In this document: piece after piece, positions 50,260 to 61,084 of the stretch | Numbering within the stretch: the first letter of the stretch is position 1 | Layout: each line of letters begins with the position of its first letter | Origin: Cyanobacteria bacterium P01_D01_bin.156 | GTDB lineage: Bacteria; Cyanobacteriota; Cyanobacteriia; Phormidesmidales; Phormidesmidaceae | Direction of reading: 5' to 3' | Length of the DNA: 64,000 nucleotides | NCBI GenBank assembly: GCA_039024555.1 | Contig: JBCCQQ010000001.1 | Coordinates: forward strand, 128,001 to 192,000 | Position numbers and translations under genes: made by a program | The notes under the pieces: model-generated | What the model saw: only the letters and a program-made list of their open reading frames with translations | The model's database searches: none | Told to the model about the DNA's origin: nothing

Positions 50260-50934
50260 ATGACCATTTCTGTAGAACACATTAGACAGCAGCTTGCCTC
50301 CGAAGATCTAGGTGCCCGCTTGCGAGCAATCAACTTATTGCGTGACATTGACCCACCAACAGCATTCGAACTTATTCAAACCGTTGTCAATGACAAGAGT
50401 GCCCGGGTGCGCTATGCCGCAATTAGCCAGTTCTCATCCTTAGGCTTCCAGGATGTAGAAACGGCGCTAACTATTCTGAAAGAAGCACTTTACAACGACC
50501 CAGAAGCCGATGTTCAAGCTGCCGCTGCCGACTCTATTGGAGCTCTGAAGTTAACAGATGCTTACGATGACTTGGCCACAGTTTATAACAGTTCCTCGGA
50601 ATGGATTGTTCAGATGAGTATTGTGGCTTGTTTAGGCGAGTTAGGTGTAGCGCGAGGATTTGACTTACTAGAAACTGCTCTGAAATCTGATACTAGCCTA
50701 GTCGCACTCACAGCAATTGGCGCCCTAGGTGAGCTCAAAGACCCAAGAGCTATTCCCCTCCTATTACCCTTTGCGAGTCATGATGATTGGCAAGTCCGTC
50801 ACCGTTTGGCTCAGGCATTAGGCCACTACGTAGATACAGTACAGGCAGACGATGTATTACCTGCATTAACTAAACTTACAGAGGACTCCTCAGAGATTGT
50901 CACTGATGCAGCCAAGTACGCTCTCAACATCTGA
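50260..50934 (+). CDS. nblB: PBS-lyase HEAT-repeat protein NblB
   Basis: SEDLGARLRAIN, RVRYAAIS, DVQAAAADSIGAL and DWQVRHR motifs; ATG at 50260. Confidence 0.85.
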   Translation: MTISVEHIRQQLASEDLGARLRAINLLRDIDPPTAFELIQTVVNDKSARVRYAAISQFSSLGFQDVETALTILKEALYNDPEADVQAAAADSIGALKLTDAYDDLATVYNSSSEWIVQMSIVACLGELGVARGFDLLETALKSDTSLVALTAIGALGELKDPRAIPLLLPFASHDDWQVRHRLAQALGHYVDTVQADDVLPALTKLTEDSSEIVTDAAKYALNI

Positions 50935-51567
50935 AGTGTTGGGCAATATTGTGAGCAATTTTATATACCTTTGGCGAGCATCAATGGATTGTTTTGAAAC
51001 AAACGTATATTCAAATACTGCGATACCAATCCAGAGGTAATGCTCACAGTGACTTTCAGTTGTCTCATTGAGCCGCTTAGACTCAACTCTTACTAGGCAA
51101 AAGCTTTACAAATTGGATGCGATTTATTGGACGTTGTAGTGACTATAAATCATCTCTAATACAGTGTATTTCTCAAATTGTTAGATTACTGAATTCCCTC
51201 ATCTTTCATCAGGATACATGTGATAAAGGCTACCTAATGTCAATAGTTCCTATGGTGAATTTGTGTAGACTCGACAGATAATTTTGGCGGAAAAATTTAA
51301 GACATAACTTACTTCATTTAGTGTATGAAAACTGCAAATTTACGTTTCAAATCAGCAGGTTTTCCTGTTTTCAGACGTCACTTATTGCATATCTGATATA
51401 TTAGAAAAAGAAAAAATCCGTTTAATTTTCCATAGTCTGTCGCAAGACATATTTTTCTAAAAGATCATCGCCTTAAAGAGTCATATATTCAATTCAATCT
51501 TTTTCTGTCCCCTGTTAGCTATACGTCTGTCATCCGTAGCGATTAGTTCGATTTTGGGAATGATTTC

Positions 51568-52056
51568 ATGGTTAGTGTGATGAAACCATCCACAGGAGAA
51601 AAATGGGATAGGCTTAGTTTTGCTTCCACACTATATTTGTGTCCGATTCTTGATACTTTACTGGAGCATGCACCTGCAGAAATGCACGATGAGCTGCGTT
51701 TAGGTTTACAGGAAGCTCTAGTAAATGCAGCTAAGCACGGTAATTGTTTGGATCCTGGTAAGCAAGTATCCGTGCAATATGCCGAAATCCATGGTGATTA
51801 TTGGTGGATAATTACCGATCAGGGCAGTGGATTTGACATTCCCTACGAATGTGAGAAATGTCCTGAAGAGCAGGCAAATGAAGGCACATACGACTGTGGA
51901 CGTGGTCTGTTCATCTTGCATCAGATTTTTGACCAGGTGCATTGGTCCCAAAAAGGAAATGAGGTTCGTTTATGTAAGCGATGGAAGCGTTGGCCAAGTT
52001 TTTTCAAGCGCTTACAGAATGCTTGGGTCGCTGATGAGAAGATGGCAGTGAGCTAA
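51568..52056 (+). CDS. pmgA: RsbW-like anti-sigma factor / kinase, PmgA orthologue
   Basis: SFASTLYLCPILD, LRLGLQEALVNAAKHGN, DQGSGF and GRGL motifs. Confidence 0.8.
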   Translation: MVSVMKPSTGEKWDRLSFASTLYLCPILDTLLEHAPAEMHDELRLGLQEALVNAAKHGNCLDPGKQVSVQYAEIHGDYWWIITDQGSGFDIPYECEKCPEEQANEGTYDCGRGLFILHQIFDQVHWSQKGNEVRLCKRWKRWPSFFKRLQNAWVADEKMAVS

Positions 52057-52185
52057 TAGGGGCTGTCGCCCTTACTATTAATATCAGTAGCAGATCCCAT
52101 TTGAGTGCCTGCCAAGCCTATGGTCCCTTAGCTTAGCTGTTTTCTTGCTCAATTTTCTCTTTCGTTGAAGTAGGACACAGTATCG

Positions 52186-54243
52186 ATGACCTATGAACCC
52201 CTTCATCATAAGTATCGTCCTCAAACTTTTTCTCAGTTAGTAGGGCAGACTGCGATCGCAACCACCCTTTCAAACGCTTTACAACAAAATCGTATTGCAC
52301 CTGCGTATTTATTTTGTGGCCCTCGTGGGACAGGTAAAACGTCCAGTGCTCGCATACTTGCTAAATCTATCAACTGCCTCAACGGTGAAGGACCTACCGC
52401 CACCCCGTGCGGTCAGTGCCAAGTATGTCAGGAAATCACCCTGGGGTCTGCCCTAGATATTGTTGAGATCGACGCTGCCAGCAATACAGGGGTTGACAAT
52501 ATTCGAGAGCTGATTGAACGGGCTCAATTTGCTCCAGTACAGTGTCGCTATAAGCTATATGTTCTTGATGAAGTACATATGCTGAGCACGGCGGCTTTTA
52601 ATGCCCTGCTCAAGACCCTTGAAGAACCCCCTCCACACGTTGTCTTCGTTCTAGCGACTACCGATCCTCAACGGGTATTGCCCACGATTATTTCTCGCTG
52701 CCAGCGATTTGATTTTCGTCGCATTCCTTTAGAGGCCATGGTGCAGCACCTGGATTACATTGCCAAGCAAGAAGCAATTGCTATATCAGCAGATGCACTA
52801 CAGCTAGTAGCTCAGCTTTCCCAGGGCGGATTGCGGGATGCGGAAAGTTTGCTGGACCAGCTAGGGCTATTGGATGGCGAGATCTCTATCGAAGCCGTAT
52901 GGGATCTGGTAGGAGCAGTTTCAGAACGGGATTTATTAGCCCTAGTACAGGCCATTGCCGCTGATGATGGCACCGAGGTTTTAGCGTTAGCACGTCAGTT
53001 AATGGATCGGGGTCGAGAGCCACTGATGGTGCTGCAAAGTCTAGTTGCCTTTTATCGCGATTTACTAATTGCTAAAAATGCTGCAGAACGACACGACCTG
53101 GTAGCCATTACACCTCCCGTCTGGTCAGAGATGGTGACCTTTGCCCAGCACTTACCGCTACCACTGTTGTTAGCCAGTCAACAGCACTTACGAACAGCTG
53201 AAGTGCAGGTAAAACATACAACTCAACCTCGCCTGTGGTTAGAAATCACCTTGATGGGATTACTGCCTTCAGCTCAGACTTCAGTCACGGATATTACTCG
53301 GCCTGTTGTAGCACCTTCTGTAACAGCTGTTGGTAAACTGTCCCAAACCACCACTACGACAGCAGAAACCACATCATTCGCTCAGCCATCCTCAACCAAG
53401 CCTCCTACGGTTAATGTGGTGCGGTCTCCGGCACCCAGTCAAACGGACTCTATTCCTAAGCTAGATCCTGAAGTAGTGGCCTCAAGCGATCCCATCCCTG
53501 GCCCCCCATCGAATACCACAGACGTTTATCCCGCAGATACAACACCTACTCCATCGACAAAAGCACAGCCAACAGCAATTGCCCCAGAACCTGCAGAGAC
53601 CAACCCTACTGCCGTAATAAACGCTCCAGCAATGGGGAGCCTCAATGATATTTGGGGTAAAATCGTCGCTCAATTAACCCCGATGGGTACACAGGTTTTA
53701 ATGCGACAGCATGGTCAGCTAATAGCCTGCGATGGTGTAGAGGCGCGGGTGGGTATCACCAATGATAAGCTGATGCGTATGGCTCAAGACCGTTTGAGCA
53801 ATGTAGAAACAGCATTTGAGAAAGTTTTTGGTCATAAGCTACGGGTAACCATGGTAGTAGCAGCCGAAAAACAGACCTCCCCAGCACCGCCTCCATCCTT
53901 AGGACCACCACCATCCGCGGCACCCGTTTCTTCACCAGGGCCTAATCTGCCCTCCAACACCACAGGCCAAACCGTACCGGCACCTGCAAATATCTCTGCA
54001 CCCAAGCCTCCCTCTATCGCCACACCTACGACTACTGCTCATCCCGCAGCACCTACTAAACCTGTAGCTGAAACAACATCATCACAGCCAACAGGCTGGA
54101 AAACAGAGAGTGATTTAGATCGCAGTGTAAAAAGCTTTGCTCAGTTTTTTAATGGTCAGATTGTCAATTTAGATGACGATGCAACTGAGCTTCAAAAATC
54201 TCAAGCCCCTTCCTCGGAACCTGGACCAGATGTGCCTTTTTAG
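52186..54243 (+). CDS. dnaX: DNA polymerase III subunit gamma/tau
   Basis: KYRPQTF, GPRGTGKT, EIDAASN, DEVHML and SRCQRF motifs; Pro/Thr-rich linkers. Confidence 0.96.
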   Translation: MTYEPLHHKYRPQTFSQLVGQTAIATTLSNALQQNRIAPAYLFCGPRGTGKTSSARILAKSINCLNGEGPTATPCGQCQVCQEITLGSALDIVEIDAASNTGVDNIRELIERAQFAPVQCRYKLYVLDEVHMLSTAAFNALLKTLEEPPPHVVFVLATTDPQRVLPTIISRCQRFDFRRIPLEAMVQHLDYIAKQEAIAISADALQLVAQLSQGGLRDAESLLDQLGLLDGEISIEAVWDLVGAVSERDLLALVQAIAADDGTEVLALARQLMDRGREPLMVLQSLVAFYRDLLIAKNAAERHDLVAITPPVWSEMVTFAQHLPLPLLLASQQHLRTAEVQVKHTTQPRLWLEITLMGLLPSAQTSVTDITRPVVAPSVTAVGKLSQTTTTTAETTSFAQPSSTKPPTVNVVRSPAPSQTDSIPKLDPEVVASSDPIPGPPSNTTDVYPADTTPTPSTKAQPTAIAPEPAETNPTAVINAPAMGSLNDIWGKIVAQLTPMGTQVLMRQHGQLIACDGVEARVGITNDKLMRMAQDRLSNVETAFEKVFGHKLRVTMVVAAEKQTSPAPPPSLGPPPSAAPVSSPGPNLPSNTTGQTVPAPANISAPKPPSIATPTTTAHPAAPTKPVAETTSSQPTGWKTESDLDRSVKSFAQFFNGQIVNLDDDATELQKSQAPSSEPGPDVPF

Positions 54244-54344
54244 AGGTCACTCGGGTAGTTCTCACACGAGTGTCTCCGCTGGATGTATGGGGTCAGTCTC
54301 CCCGTTAAGTTGCAATAGTTGAAACTCAACGACCCTCGTCAAAG

Positions 54345-55190
54345 TTAGTAGTGAAACGGAATAGATACTAAGGGCATTAGACTAAATATCGTGCAGCAAA
54401 CCACAACAGACCACTGCAGGGTAAATCTAGATTCCGACGCTTCTGCTGGGATATCCAACAAAGCATCAATCCGTCGATTGAGGCGACTTGTTGGAGCTGT
54501 ACAGCTAAAGTTAACAGCCGTAACGGTCGATAAAGGAGAAGCAATCACCTGCACCAGTGATTCTGCCAAGGTGAGCCGTTCTACAGATTGAGTAGCCCAT
54601 CGATCGGCACGAATTTCCCGAAGTAGAAGTAATTCCTGCCAAAGACTATCGCCATAGGGCAACCAAAAATTAATACGTTGCAACCAACCTAGCCAGAAAA
54701 ACCAAAACGTATCACGGTAGTGTGCGTGGGCCTTTTCATGGGCAAGCACTGCTGCCAAATGATCTGGGTCTAAAGCGTCTATCAATCCTTGACTAATGAC
54801 CAGCTGCGATGACCACATCCCCATTTGGGCACTAAAGACAGCGTCATCATCCAATAGACGGCCTTGGCTACCTTGCACAGTAATCTGAGGAAATTGCTCA
54901 ATATATTGCATACTGCAGCGGGCATGCCATCCAAGCCGTGCGAGCAAGCCAAAAATAATCAGCAAATAGCTCCAAGACATGCAATAGCTTAGCCAACCTT
55001 CCACATGGGTAACGGCATGGCCATGGGGTCCCATAATCACAATCGCGAGAGTCGTTGTAATCAGTAGCAAAGGCGGCACTGCAAAAATTGCTAATGTGGC
55101 CAACCAGTTATTCATACAGCGTTGAGCCAAAATAAATCTTAGCAGTATTGCCAGCGCGATCGCACTTAACATTAAGCTCACATGCATCAT
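54345..55190 (-). CDS. petP: M56 (BlaR1-like) membrane metallopeptidase, PetP-like
   Basis: LAHEKAH (HExxH), RDTFWFFWLGW, LREIRAD; ATGA-coupled to a BlaI-family gene. Confidence 0.8.
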   Translation of the reverse strand: MMHVSLMLSAIALAILLRFILAQRCMNNWLATLAIFAVPPLLLITTTLAIVIMGPHGHAVTHVEGWLSYCMSWSYLLIIFGLLARLGWHARCSMQYIEQFPQITVQGSQGRLLDDDAVFSAQMGMWSSQLVISQGLIDALDPDHLAAVLAHEKAHAHYRDTFWFFWLGWLQRINFWLPYGDSLWQELLLLREIRADRWATQSVERLTLAESLVQVIASPLSTVTAVNFSCTAPTSRLNRRIDALLDIPAEASESRFTLQWSVVVCCTIFSLMPLVSIPFHY

Positions 55191-55618
55191 GGCTGCTCCT
55201 CCTGCTCAGTTTGAGCACGGCGAGCCGCCTGAATACGCTGGGTAATGGCCTCTAGCTGCTCTAAACTATCTTGGTCGATAGTATCTGCAAAGGCAGCAAC
55301 AATATCAGGATTACTAGCCGCCAAAAACTGCTGCAAACTTTCATGAGACCGCAAGACCTTAGCATTGTTCTCAGAAAGTAACGGTTCCCAGTGGTAGGCT
55401 CGACCGACACGACGTTTAGCAATCCAACCTTTTTGCTCCAGACGTCTTAAAACAGTGGCCACAGAAGAATAGGTTAAATCTCGATCAATATCCGCCAAAA
55501 TCTGATCGTGAATTGCCGTGCCAGACGACGTGCCCAACTGCCATAGAATCTCTAAAATTTCAGCCTCTAAGGGCCCTAATGAAAGACGGCTAGGGCGATG
55601 TGCCGGAAATGGCGACAT
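55187..55618 (-). CDS. petR: BlaI/MecI/CopY-family repressor, PetR-like
   Basis: LSLGPLEAEILEILW and SVATVLRRLEQKGW; gene pair matches the cyanobacterial copper switch regulator petRP. Confidence 0.82.
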   Translation of the reverse strand: MSPFPAHRPSRLSLGPLEAEILEILWQLGTSSGTAIHDQILADIDRDLTYSSVATVLRRLEQKGWIAKRRVGRAYHWEPLLSENNAKVLRSHESLQQFLAASNPDIVAAFADTIDQDSLEQLEAITQRIQAARRAQTEQEEQP

Positions 55619-55715
55619 TGGTCAGTACCTCAGCAAACAGCCTGATATCCATTACATAGTACTATCTCAAGCTTAGTGAAATGCAGATTAGGTAGCGTAA
55701 ACGAAGATTAAAACT

Positions 55716-55730
55716 GTGACAGGCTGTCAC
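55716..55730. promoter_or_regulatory. Palindromic operator candidate GTGAC-N5-GTCAC
   Basis: gtgacag-g-ctgtcac perfect palindrome about 100 bp upstream of petR. Confidence 0.55.
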
Positions 55731-55801
55731 TTGAGTTATGACCGTGAAATGAACAAAATTGAATTACTTTAATGCATATTTTGCAGATCAAGGTTGAGTG
55801 A

Positions 55802-55828
55802 AGAGGTGGCAACTGCCATCTCTTTTTT
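55802..55828 (+). terminator. Intrinsic terminator-like hairpin with a plus-strand U-tract
   Basis: agaggtggca-ac-tgccatctct followed by a T-run; both flanking genes are on the minus strand. Confidence 0.6.
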
Positions 55829-55841
55829 ATTTTCTCCTGCC

Positions 55842-56651
55842 TCAAAAAGTACGTCTTAAGAATCGAATTTGGCTAAAGTCAGTAACGAAAGCACTAGGTA
55901 TCTGGAGTGCCCCCAGAACCTGCTTTGATGCGATTTGCTCGGGAGACAAAAGAGGAGACCAGCCTCCTAAATAACCAATAAACCCACCCGTCAGAGTAGC
56001 AACGTGTAAATCAGTTGCCGCATCCCCAATCATCAGCGCTTGATGGGGGGTGACATCGATAGCTTGGCAAACAGCTTGCAAAAAATCAGGCGTCACTTTA
56101 CTAGGGTACTGACGGCTAACCCCTTGTAGATGGCCAAAGTAATTCTGTAGCTGATAATGTTCCACAAAATCTACTAAATGGACCTGAGCATCAGCAGATA
56201 CCATGCTTACTTTCAGCCCTGCTTGACGTAAGCGCCTCAGAAAGTCAATAACTCCCGACAATAAAGGCGTATAGGATGCCTTAGGTAAATGCTGTCGAGC
56301 GGCGGCGGCTAACGTTGTCGCAACTAGGTCAATAATCCGCTCATTCTCAGTCAGTTGTTCCTGTAGAACCTTAGCAACGCCATTGATAGTCTCTTGGCGA
56401 CTACCCACAGCCATTAAGCCCGCCGGGTCTAATCCACCAGAGGAAATACCGAGAGCTTGGAGAACCCAAGGATAGGTACCTGGGATTAGAGCTTCCATCA
56501 GTTGGGCTTGGCATTTACCCAAAGAAAGTAAGTACCGGCTGACATCAGCTAACGTGCCATCTTTATCTAGAAAAACAGCTTGAATGTCTTGAAAAATCAC
56601 ATCTTTGCAAGCAACTATAACCACAATGGAACGTACTGACAGCAACAACAA
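55842..56651 (-). CDS. HAD-superfamily hydrolase
   Basis: FLDKDGTL, VSAD and MIGDAATD motifs; start uncertain (GTG at 56624 plausible). Confidence 0.85.
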   Translation of the reverse strand: MLLLSVRSIVVIVACKDVIFQDIQAVFLDKDGTLADVSRYLLSLGKCQAQLMEALIPGTYPWVLQALGISSGGLDPAGLMAVGSRQETINGVAKVLQEQLTENERIIDLVATTLAAAARQHLPKASYTPLLSGVIDFLRRLRQAGLKVSMVSADAQVHLVDFVEHYQLQNYFGHLQGVSRQYPSKVTPDFLQAVCQAIDVTPHQALMIGDAATDLHVATLTGGFIGYLGGWSPLLSPEQIASKQVLGALQIPSAFVTDFSQIRFLRRTF

Positions 56652-56781
56652 ACAAAAAGTTTAGCCGTTACTGATTACGCAGATGGAGCAATGTGTCATT
56701 GTCTCAATGCAAAAACTTTCAGTCCTCACCCCCACCAAAGCCAAGCAAGATAGAAGTTTCATTTAATTCATGCCAAGCAAT

Positions 56782-56814
56782 AAAAAAATGTGAGGCTTCA
56801 AGAAGCCTCACATT
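56782..56814 (-). terminator. Intrinsic terminator of rpsA
   Basis: Minus strand aatgtgaggcttc-tt-gaagcctcacatt running into a U7 tract. Confidence 0.85.
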
Positions 56815-56863
56815 CGAAAAATTAAACCGATAGGTGTTGAATTATGCCAAACCGGCAAACACC

Positions 56864-57868
56864 CTACTCAGCATATGCAGCTACGGCAGTTTCACCTTCT
56901 TCTTCTACATAGGGTTCTTCGCTAACGGTCTCACCGTCTGCAGCCGCAGCCGCAGCGGCCTCAGCTTCTGCAGCTTTAAGCAATTGCTGACGATAGCGCT
57001 CAGCCATTTCTTCAGCTTTCTCAAACACAATGTCAGGATTCTTGACCATATCACCAGGTTCTGGCTCAAGCTGCTTCGTGGAAAGAGAAATACGCCCCCG
57101 TTCAGCATCAAGATCAATAATCATGACCTTGATTTCATCGTTAACATTCAGAACAGTGTTGGGGGTATCAATATGGTCGTGAGAGATTTCAGAAATGTGT
57201 AGCAGACCACTCACACCACCAATATCAATAAAGGCACCGTAAGGCTTGAGTCCACGCACAGCCCCAATCACAACTTCGCCAACCTGTAGGCCATTCATCT
57301 TGCGCTCAACCAGAGCACGACGATGACTGAGTACTAGACGATTACGCTCTTCATCAACCTCAAGAAACTTAAGAGGTAAGGCTTCACCCACTAAGTCTTC
57401 CTTAGGTTTACGCGTACTGATATGTGAGCCAGGAATAAAACCGCGCAAGCCTTCAATTCTGACAAGAGCACCACCACGATTAGTCGCAAACACATCAGAG
57501 CGAACAGTTGCATCCTCGTTTTGGAGCTGACGGACTCGCTCCCAAGCACGCATGTACTCAATTCGACGAATGGAAAGAGTTAACTGGCCATCTTCATTTT
57601 CATCTGTCAGGATGAAAAATTCACGAGTCTCATTAGACTGAAGCACTTCATCAGAGGCTTCGACACGATTGATGGACATCTCTTGAATGGGCAAATAGGC
57701 AGCAGTTTTTGCACCAATGTCGATCAAAGCGCCTCGAGGCTCAATGCTAAAAACAGTTCCTGGAACAATGTCTCCAGGACTGAAATGATAATCGTACTGA
57801 TCTAATAAAGCTTCAAAATCTTCATGAGTAAAACCAATATCGGCTTCTTTCGTTTCAAAGTTGACCAT
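56864..57868 (-). CDS. rpsA: 30S ribosomal protein S1 (three S1 domains)
   Basis: GALIDIGAKTAAY, NRGGALVRIEGLRGFIPGSH and YGAFIDIGGVSGLLHISEISH motifs. Confidence 0.97.
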   Translation of the reverse strand: MVNFETKEADIGFTHEDFEALLDQYDYHFSPGDIVPGTVFSIEPRGALIDIGAKTAAYLPIQEMSINRVEASDEVLQSNETREFFILTDENEDGQLTLSIRRIEYMRAWERVRQLQNEDATVRSDVFATNRGGALVRIEGLRGFIPGSHISTRKPKEDLVGEALPLKFLEVDEERNRLVLSHRRALVERKMNGLQVGEVVIGAVRGLKPYGAFIDIGGVSGLLHISEISHDHIDTPNTVLNVNDEIKVMIIDLDAERGRISLSTKQLEPEPGDMVKNPDIVFEKAEEMAERYRQQLLKAAEAEAAAAAAADGETVSEEPYVEEEGETAVAAYAE

Positions 57869-58276
57869 GCTAGATGTTTCCTACGGTTTCTCCATAATCA
57901 GGTGGACATGTTGTGCGTCTGTGTGCCGCCTCTACATTGATCCAGATTTTATCTCAGATGAGGTGGGAGCACGATTTCTTTGATGCTTTCCCCGACCCCT
58001 TAATTAACTCTGAGCCGCCGAAACCTTGGAAACATGCAGTGCGCACTTCCACAGGGTGACGTGAACCTGAACTAGGCCCAAAACTTAGAGCCTTGCAAGG
58101 CGAGCAATACTAATCTGAAGAGTAGCTTCTCAAAGAAGCGCATACTAAAAATTAGTAAAATATACAAACCTTCGCAAGACTATTAATCATAAGTGAATTT
58201 AGCCCGACTGTCACTGACTGTTACGGGTTATTGATCAATGTGATGGTCAGAACCATGTGCTCAAGCAGCATACAGA

Positions 58277-58795
58277 CTAAACAGTTAATGGGGAGCCAGG
58301 TTGTCGAACACTATTGCCATAGGAGGGCAACGGACTAGAAGATACATCTGTCTGCAGATGGTTGAGAGTATCTGCAAAATCTCGAATTCCTGTGAACTGA
58401 CGATACACTGACGCAAATCGAACATAGGCCACTTCATTTAATGGTCTCAGTTCCTTTAAAGCCAATTCGCCGATATCAGCACTGCTAATCTCTCGGGTAG
58501 AACGCTGCTGCAGAACCATTTCAATATTATCCACAATGGCATCTAAAGAGCTAGCATCAAGTCCCGTTTTTTCACAAGCCCGCGCGATTCCTCTTAATAG
58601 CTTTGAACGATTAAAGAGTTCCCGGTTACCACTTCGCTTAATAACCGTCACGGGAACGTATTCAATACGCTCATAAGTGGTGAATCGCCCTTCACATTTC
58701 AAGCATTCACGACGACGACGAATACTACGACCAGCTTCTGCCGATCTGGATTCGAGCACACGGTTACTTGCATGTTGGCAGAAGGGACATTGCAT
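58277..58795 (-). CDS. nrdR: Transcriptional repressor NrdR
   Basis: [25 protein letters not shown] cone, [10 protein letters not shown]. Confidence 0.97.
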   Translation of the reverse strand: MQCPFCQHASNRVLESRSAEAGRSIRRRRECLKCEGRFTTYERIEYVPVTVIKRSGNRELFNRSKLLRGIARACEKTGLDASSLDAIVDNIEMVLQQRSTREISSADIGELALKELRPLNEVAYVRFASVYRQFTGIRDFADTLNHLQTDVSSSPLPSYGNSVRQPGSPLTV

Positions 58796-58999
58796 AGACA
58801 ACTAAACCCAAGTGAGTAGGCGGCTCACGCTCATTAGAGCACGCATACAACAAAAATAGAGGTTAACTTCGATAAATGCAAAGAAGTTAATACCTCTATT
58901 ATGTCATTTGTGCCACTAACAGCACCAAATTAATTATATTTTGCGTCTAACCAGCAGCTACTGTTTGAGCCAACCCCTAACCGCAGTGGTGTTTAACCA

Positions 59000-59098
59000 C
59001 TAGTCTTTGTTAATCCGGGGAGGCTCACGAAATGCGATCGCAAAAAAGAGGGTGCCAATAACGCAGGCAAAAATCAGAATGTAAGCAACACTTTCCAT
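59000..59098 (-). CDS. psbT: Photosystem II protein T (not in the ORF track)
   Basis: Hand translation MESVAYILIFACVIGTLFFAIAFREPPRINKD*; downstream of psbB. Confidence 0.97.
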   Translation of the reverse strand: MESVAYILIFACVIGTLFFAIAFREPPRINKD

Positions 59099-59174
59099 GA
59101 TTCAATCCTAATCAGGTCAGGTAATCTCTAGAGCCCTTTCCAAAAACAAAGGCTACCATTAACACCATTATTTC

Positions 59175-59212
59175 AAAAAAACGGCCCAGTGGGAGATCTT
59201 CTCACTGAGCCA
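59175..59212 (-). terminator. Hairpin plus U-tract between psbB and psbT
   Basis: Minus strand tggctcagtgaga-agatc-tcccactgggccg followed by U7. Confidence 0.75.
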
Positions 59213-59237
59213 TTCATTCAACTTAAAAGCTTACGCT

Positions 59238-60764
59238 TTAGTTGCTAGTACGCGTGGATGTATCACCCACCTTCTGGAAAAAGCCCCACTCAACCTGTTC
59301 AGGAGATAGGTCAGGATCCACACCAGCGAAAACGTCGCGATACAGTGTTCGAGAGCCATGCCAGATATGCCCAAAGAAGAACAACAGTGCAAACACTGCA
59401 TGTCCAAAGGTAAACCAGCCACGAGGACTAGAACGAAAAACACCGTCAGAATCTAGAGTCTCTAGATCAAACTCAAAGGGCTCACCAAGTAGCGCCTTGC
59501 GAGCGTAGCGCTTAACACTTGCAGGATCCTTAATAGTTTGACCATCCAGCTCACCACCATAGAAGGTAGCAGTTACACCAGTCTGCTCAATACTGAACTG
59601 AGACTCAGCACGTCGGAAAGGAATATCGGCACGAACCACACCACTGGAATCAGTCAAGACCACAGGGAACGTTTCAAAGAAGTTGGGCAGACGACGAACC
59701 GACAGCTCGCGACCTTCAGAGTCTGTAAACACAGGGTGGCCAAGCCAGCTAGTAGCAATGCCATCACCAGTATCCATAGGACCTACTCGGAACAAGCCAC
59801 CCTTAGCAGGACTGTTGCCCACGTAGTCATAGAAAGCAAGCTTCTCAGGAATATTTTCGTAAGCCTCTTTGCGACTCAAGCCGTCAGCCATGTCAGCCTG
59901 TACCCGACGCTCGATCTCTTGCTGATAGTAGCCACCGTCCCACTGATAACGAGTTGGTCCAAACAGCTCAACAGGAGTCGTTGCGTTTCCGTACCACATG
60001 GTACCAGCCACAATAAACGCCGCAAAGAATACAGCAGCGATACTGCTGGAAAGAACTGTTTCGATATTACCCATACGCAATGCCTTGTAAAGACGCTGCG
60101 GTGGACGCACTGTTAGATGGAAAAGACCAGCAACAATACCGACAATACCAGCAGCAATATGGTGTGCAACAATACCACCAGCATTGTATGGGTTAAATCC
60201 TGAAGGCCCCCACTCAGGTGCAACCGGCTGAACATGGCCAGTTAGACCATAAGGGTCAGAAACCCACATACCAGGCCCCCAGACGCCTGTCAGGTGAAAT
60301 GCCCCAAATCCGAAACAAAGTAAACCAGATAAGAACAGGTGAATGCCAAACATCTTAGGCAAGTCCAAAGCAGGCTCACCAGTTCGAGGATCACGGAACA
60401 GATCCAAATCCCAGAAAACCCAGTGCCAAACAGCTGCTAAAAACAACAAGCCAGACAGCACGATGTGTGCAAGGGCAACCCCTTCAAATGACCAGAAACC
60501 AGGATCGACACCTGTCTCTCCAGTCACACTCCAGCCGCCCCAGGACCCGGTCACACCGAGGCGAGCCATAAAGGGTAAAACAAACATGCCCTGACGCCAC
60601 ATGGGGTTCAGAGCAGGATCGCTTGGATCAAAAGTTGCTAGCTCAAACAGGGCCATAGAGCCAGCCCAACCTGCCACAAGGGCAGTATGCATCAGGTGTA
60701 CAGAAATCAGTCGTCCGGGATCGTTAACCACGACTGTATGTACCCGGTACCAGGGTAGTCCCAT
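59238..60764 (-). CDS. psbB: Photosystem II CP47 chlorophyll-binding protein
   Basis: [12 protein letters not shown]...[11 protein letters not shown]...[18 protein letters not shown]. Confidence 0.99.
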   Translation of the reverse strand: MGLPWYRVHTVVVNDPGRLISVHLMHTALVAGWAGSMALFELATFDPSDPALNPMWRQGMFVLPFMARLGVTGSWGGWSVTGETGVDPGFWSFEGVALAHIVLSGLLFLAAVWHWVFWDLDLFRDPRTGEPALDLPKMFGIHLFLSGLLCFGFGAFHLTGVWGPGMWVSDPYGLTGHVQPVAPEWGPSGFNPYNAGGIVAHHIAAGIVGIVAGLFHLTVRPPQRLYKALRMGNIETVLSSSIAAVFFAAFIVAGTMWYGNATTPVELFGPTRYQWDGGYYQQEIERRVQADMADGLSRKEAYENIPEKLAFYDYVGNSPAKGGLFRVGPMDTGDGIATSWLGHPVFTDSEGRELSVRRLPNFFETFPVVLTDSSGVVRADIPFRRAESQFSIEQTGVTATFYGGELDGQTIKDPASVKRYARKALLGEPFEFDLETLDSDGVFRSSPRGWFTFGHAVFALLFFFGHIWHGSRTLYRDVFAGVDPDLSPEQVEWGFFQKVGDTSTRTSN

Positions 60765-60973
60765 TGACTACACGCCTCCTCCTAGTTTGGAAAATTTAGC
60801 CGTACATTAAAATACCAATAGTGAATAGGCTACCAGATCTCCAGAGCGCATCCACGTATGGGATTGTCAAAAATCCCCCGTAGACAACTTATTCTGAAAT
60901 ATATGGCAACTGATCACGGTAATGAATCCAGACGATTCCCGACGGACTAACCACTAAAAATCAAAGATTAAAG

Positions 60974-60991
60974 TGTATAAAGAAGTGTAAC
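60974..60991 (-). promoter_or_regulatory. Possible HLR1 (RpaB) direct repeat upstream of psbB
   Basis: Minus strand gttacact-tc-tttataca, an imperfect match to (G/T)TTACA(T/A)(T/A)-N2 repeat. Confidence 0.35.
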
Positions 60992-61084
60992 TAGACTTCA
61001 TAATCCAATGCAAGTTGGATTCTATGTAAATCCAGCCGTTCACGGCATACCCAACTTTACAGCGATTGCTTTTGGAGCTATTCG

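Noticed and set aside
52186..54243. Intein or programmed frameshift in dnaX
   Set aside because: The extra length is Pro/Thr/Ala linker; no intein splice motifs or A-AAA-AAG slippery site seen
58900..58980. GACGCAAA on the minus strand suggesting a c-di-GMP-I riboswitch
   Set aside because: The GGCAAA element, GNRA-capped stem and second stem are missing
59538..60116. 192-aa ORF antisense to psbB, plus other long antisense ORFs over rpsA, murJ, trpD and the antiporter
   Set aside because: Shadow frames of conserved genes; no recognisable motifs
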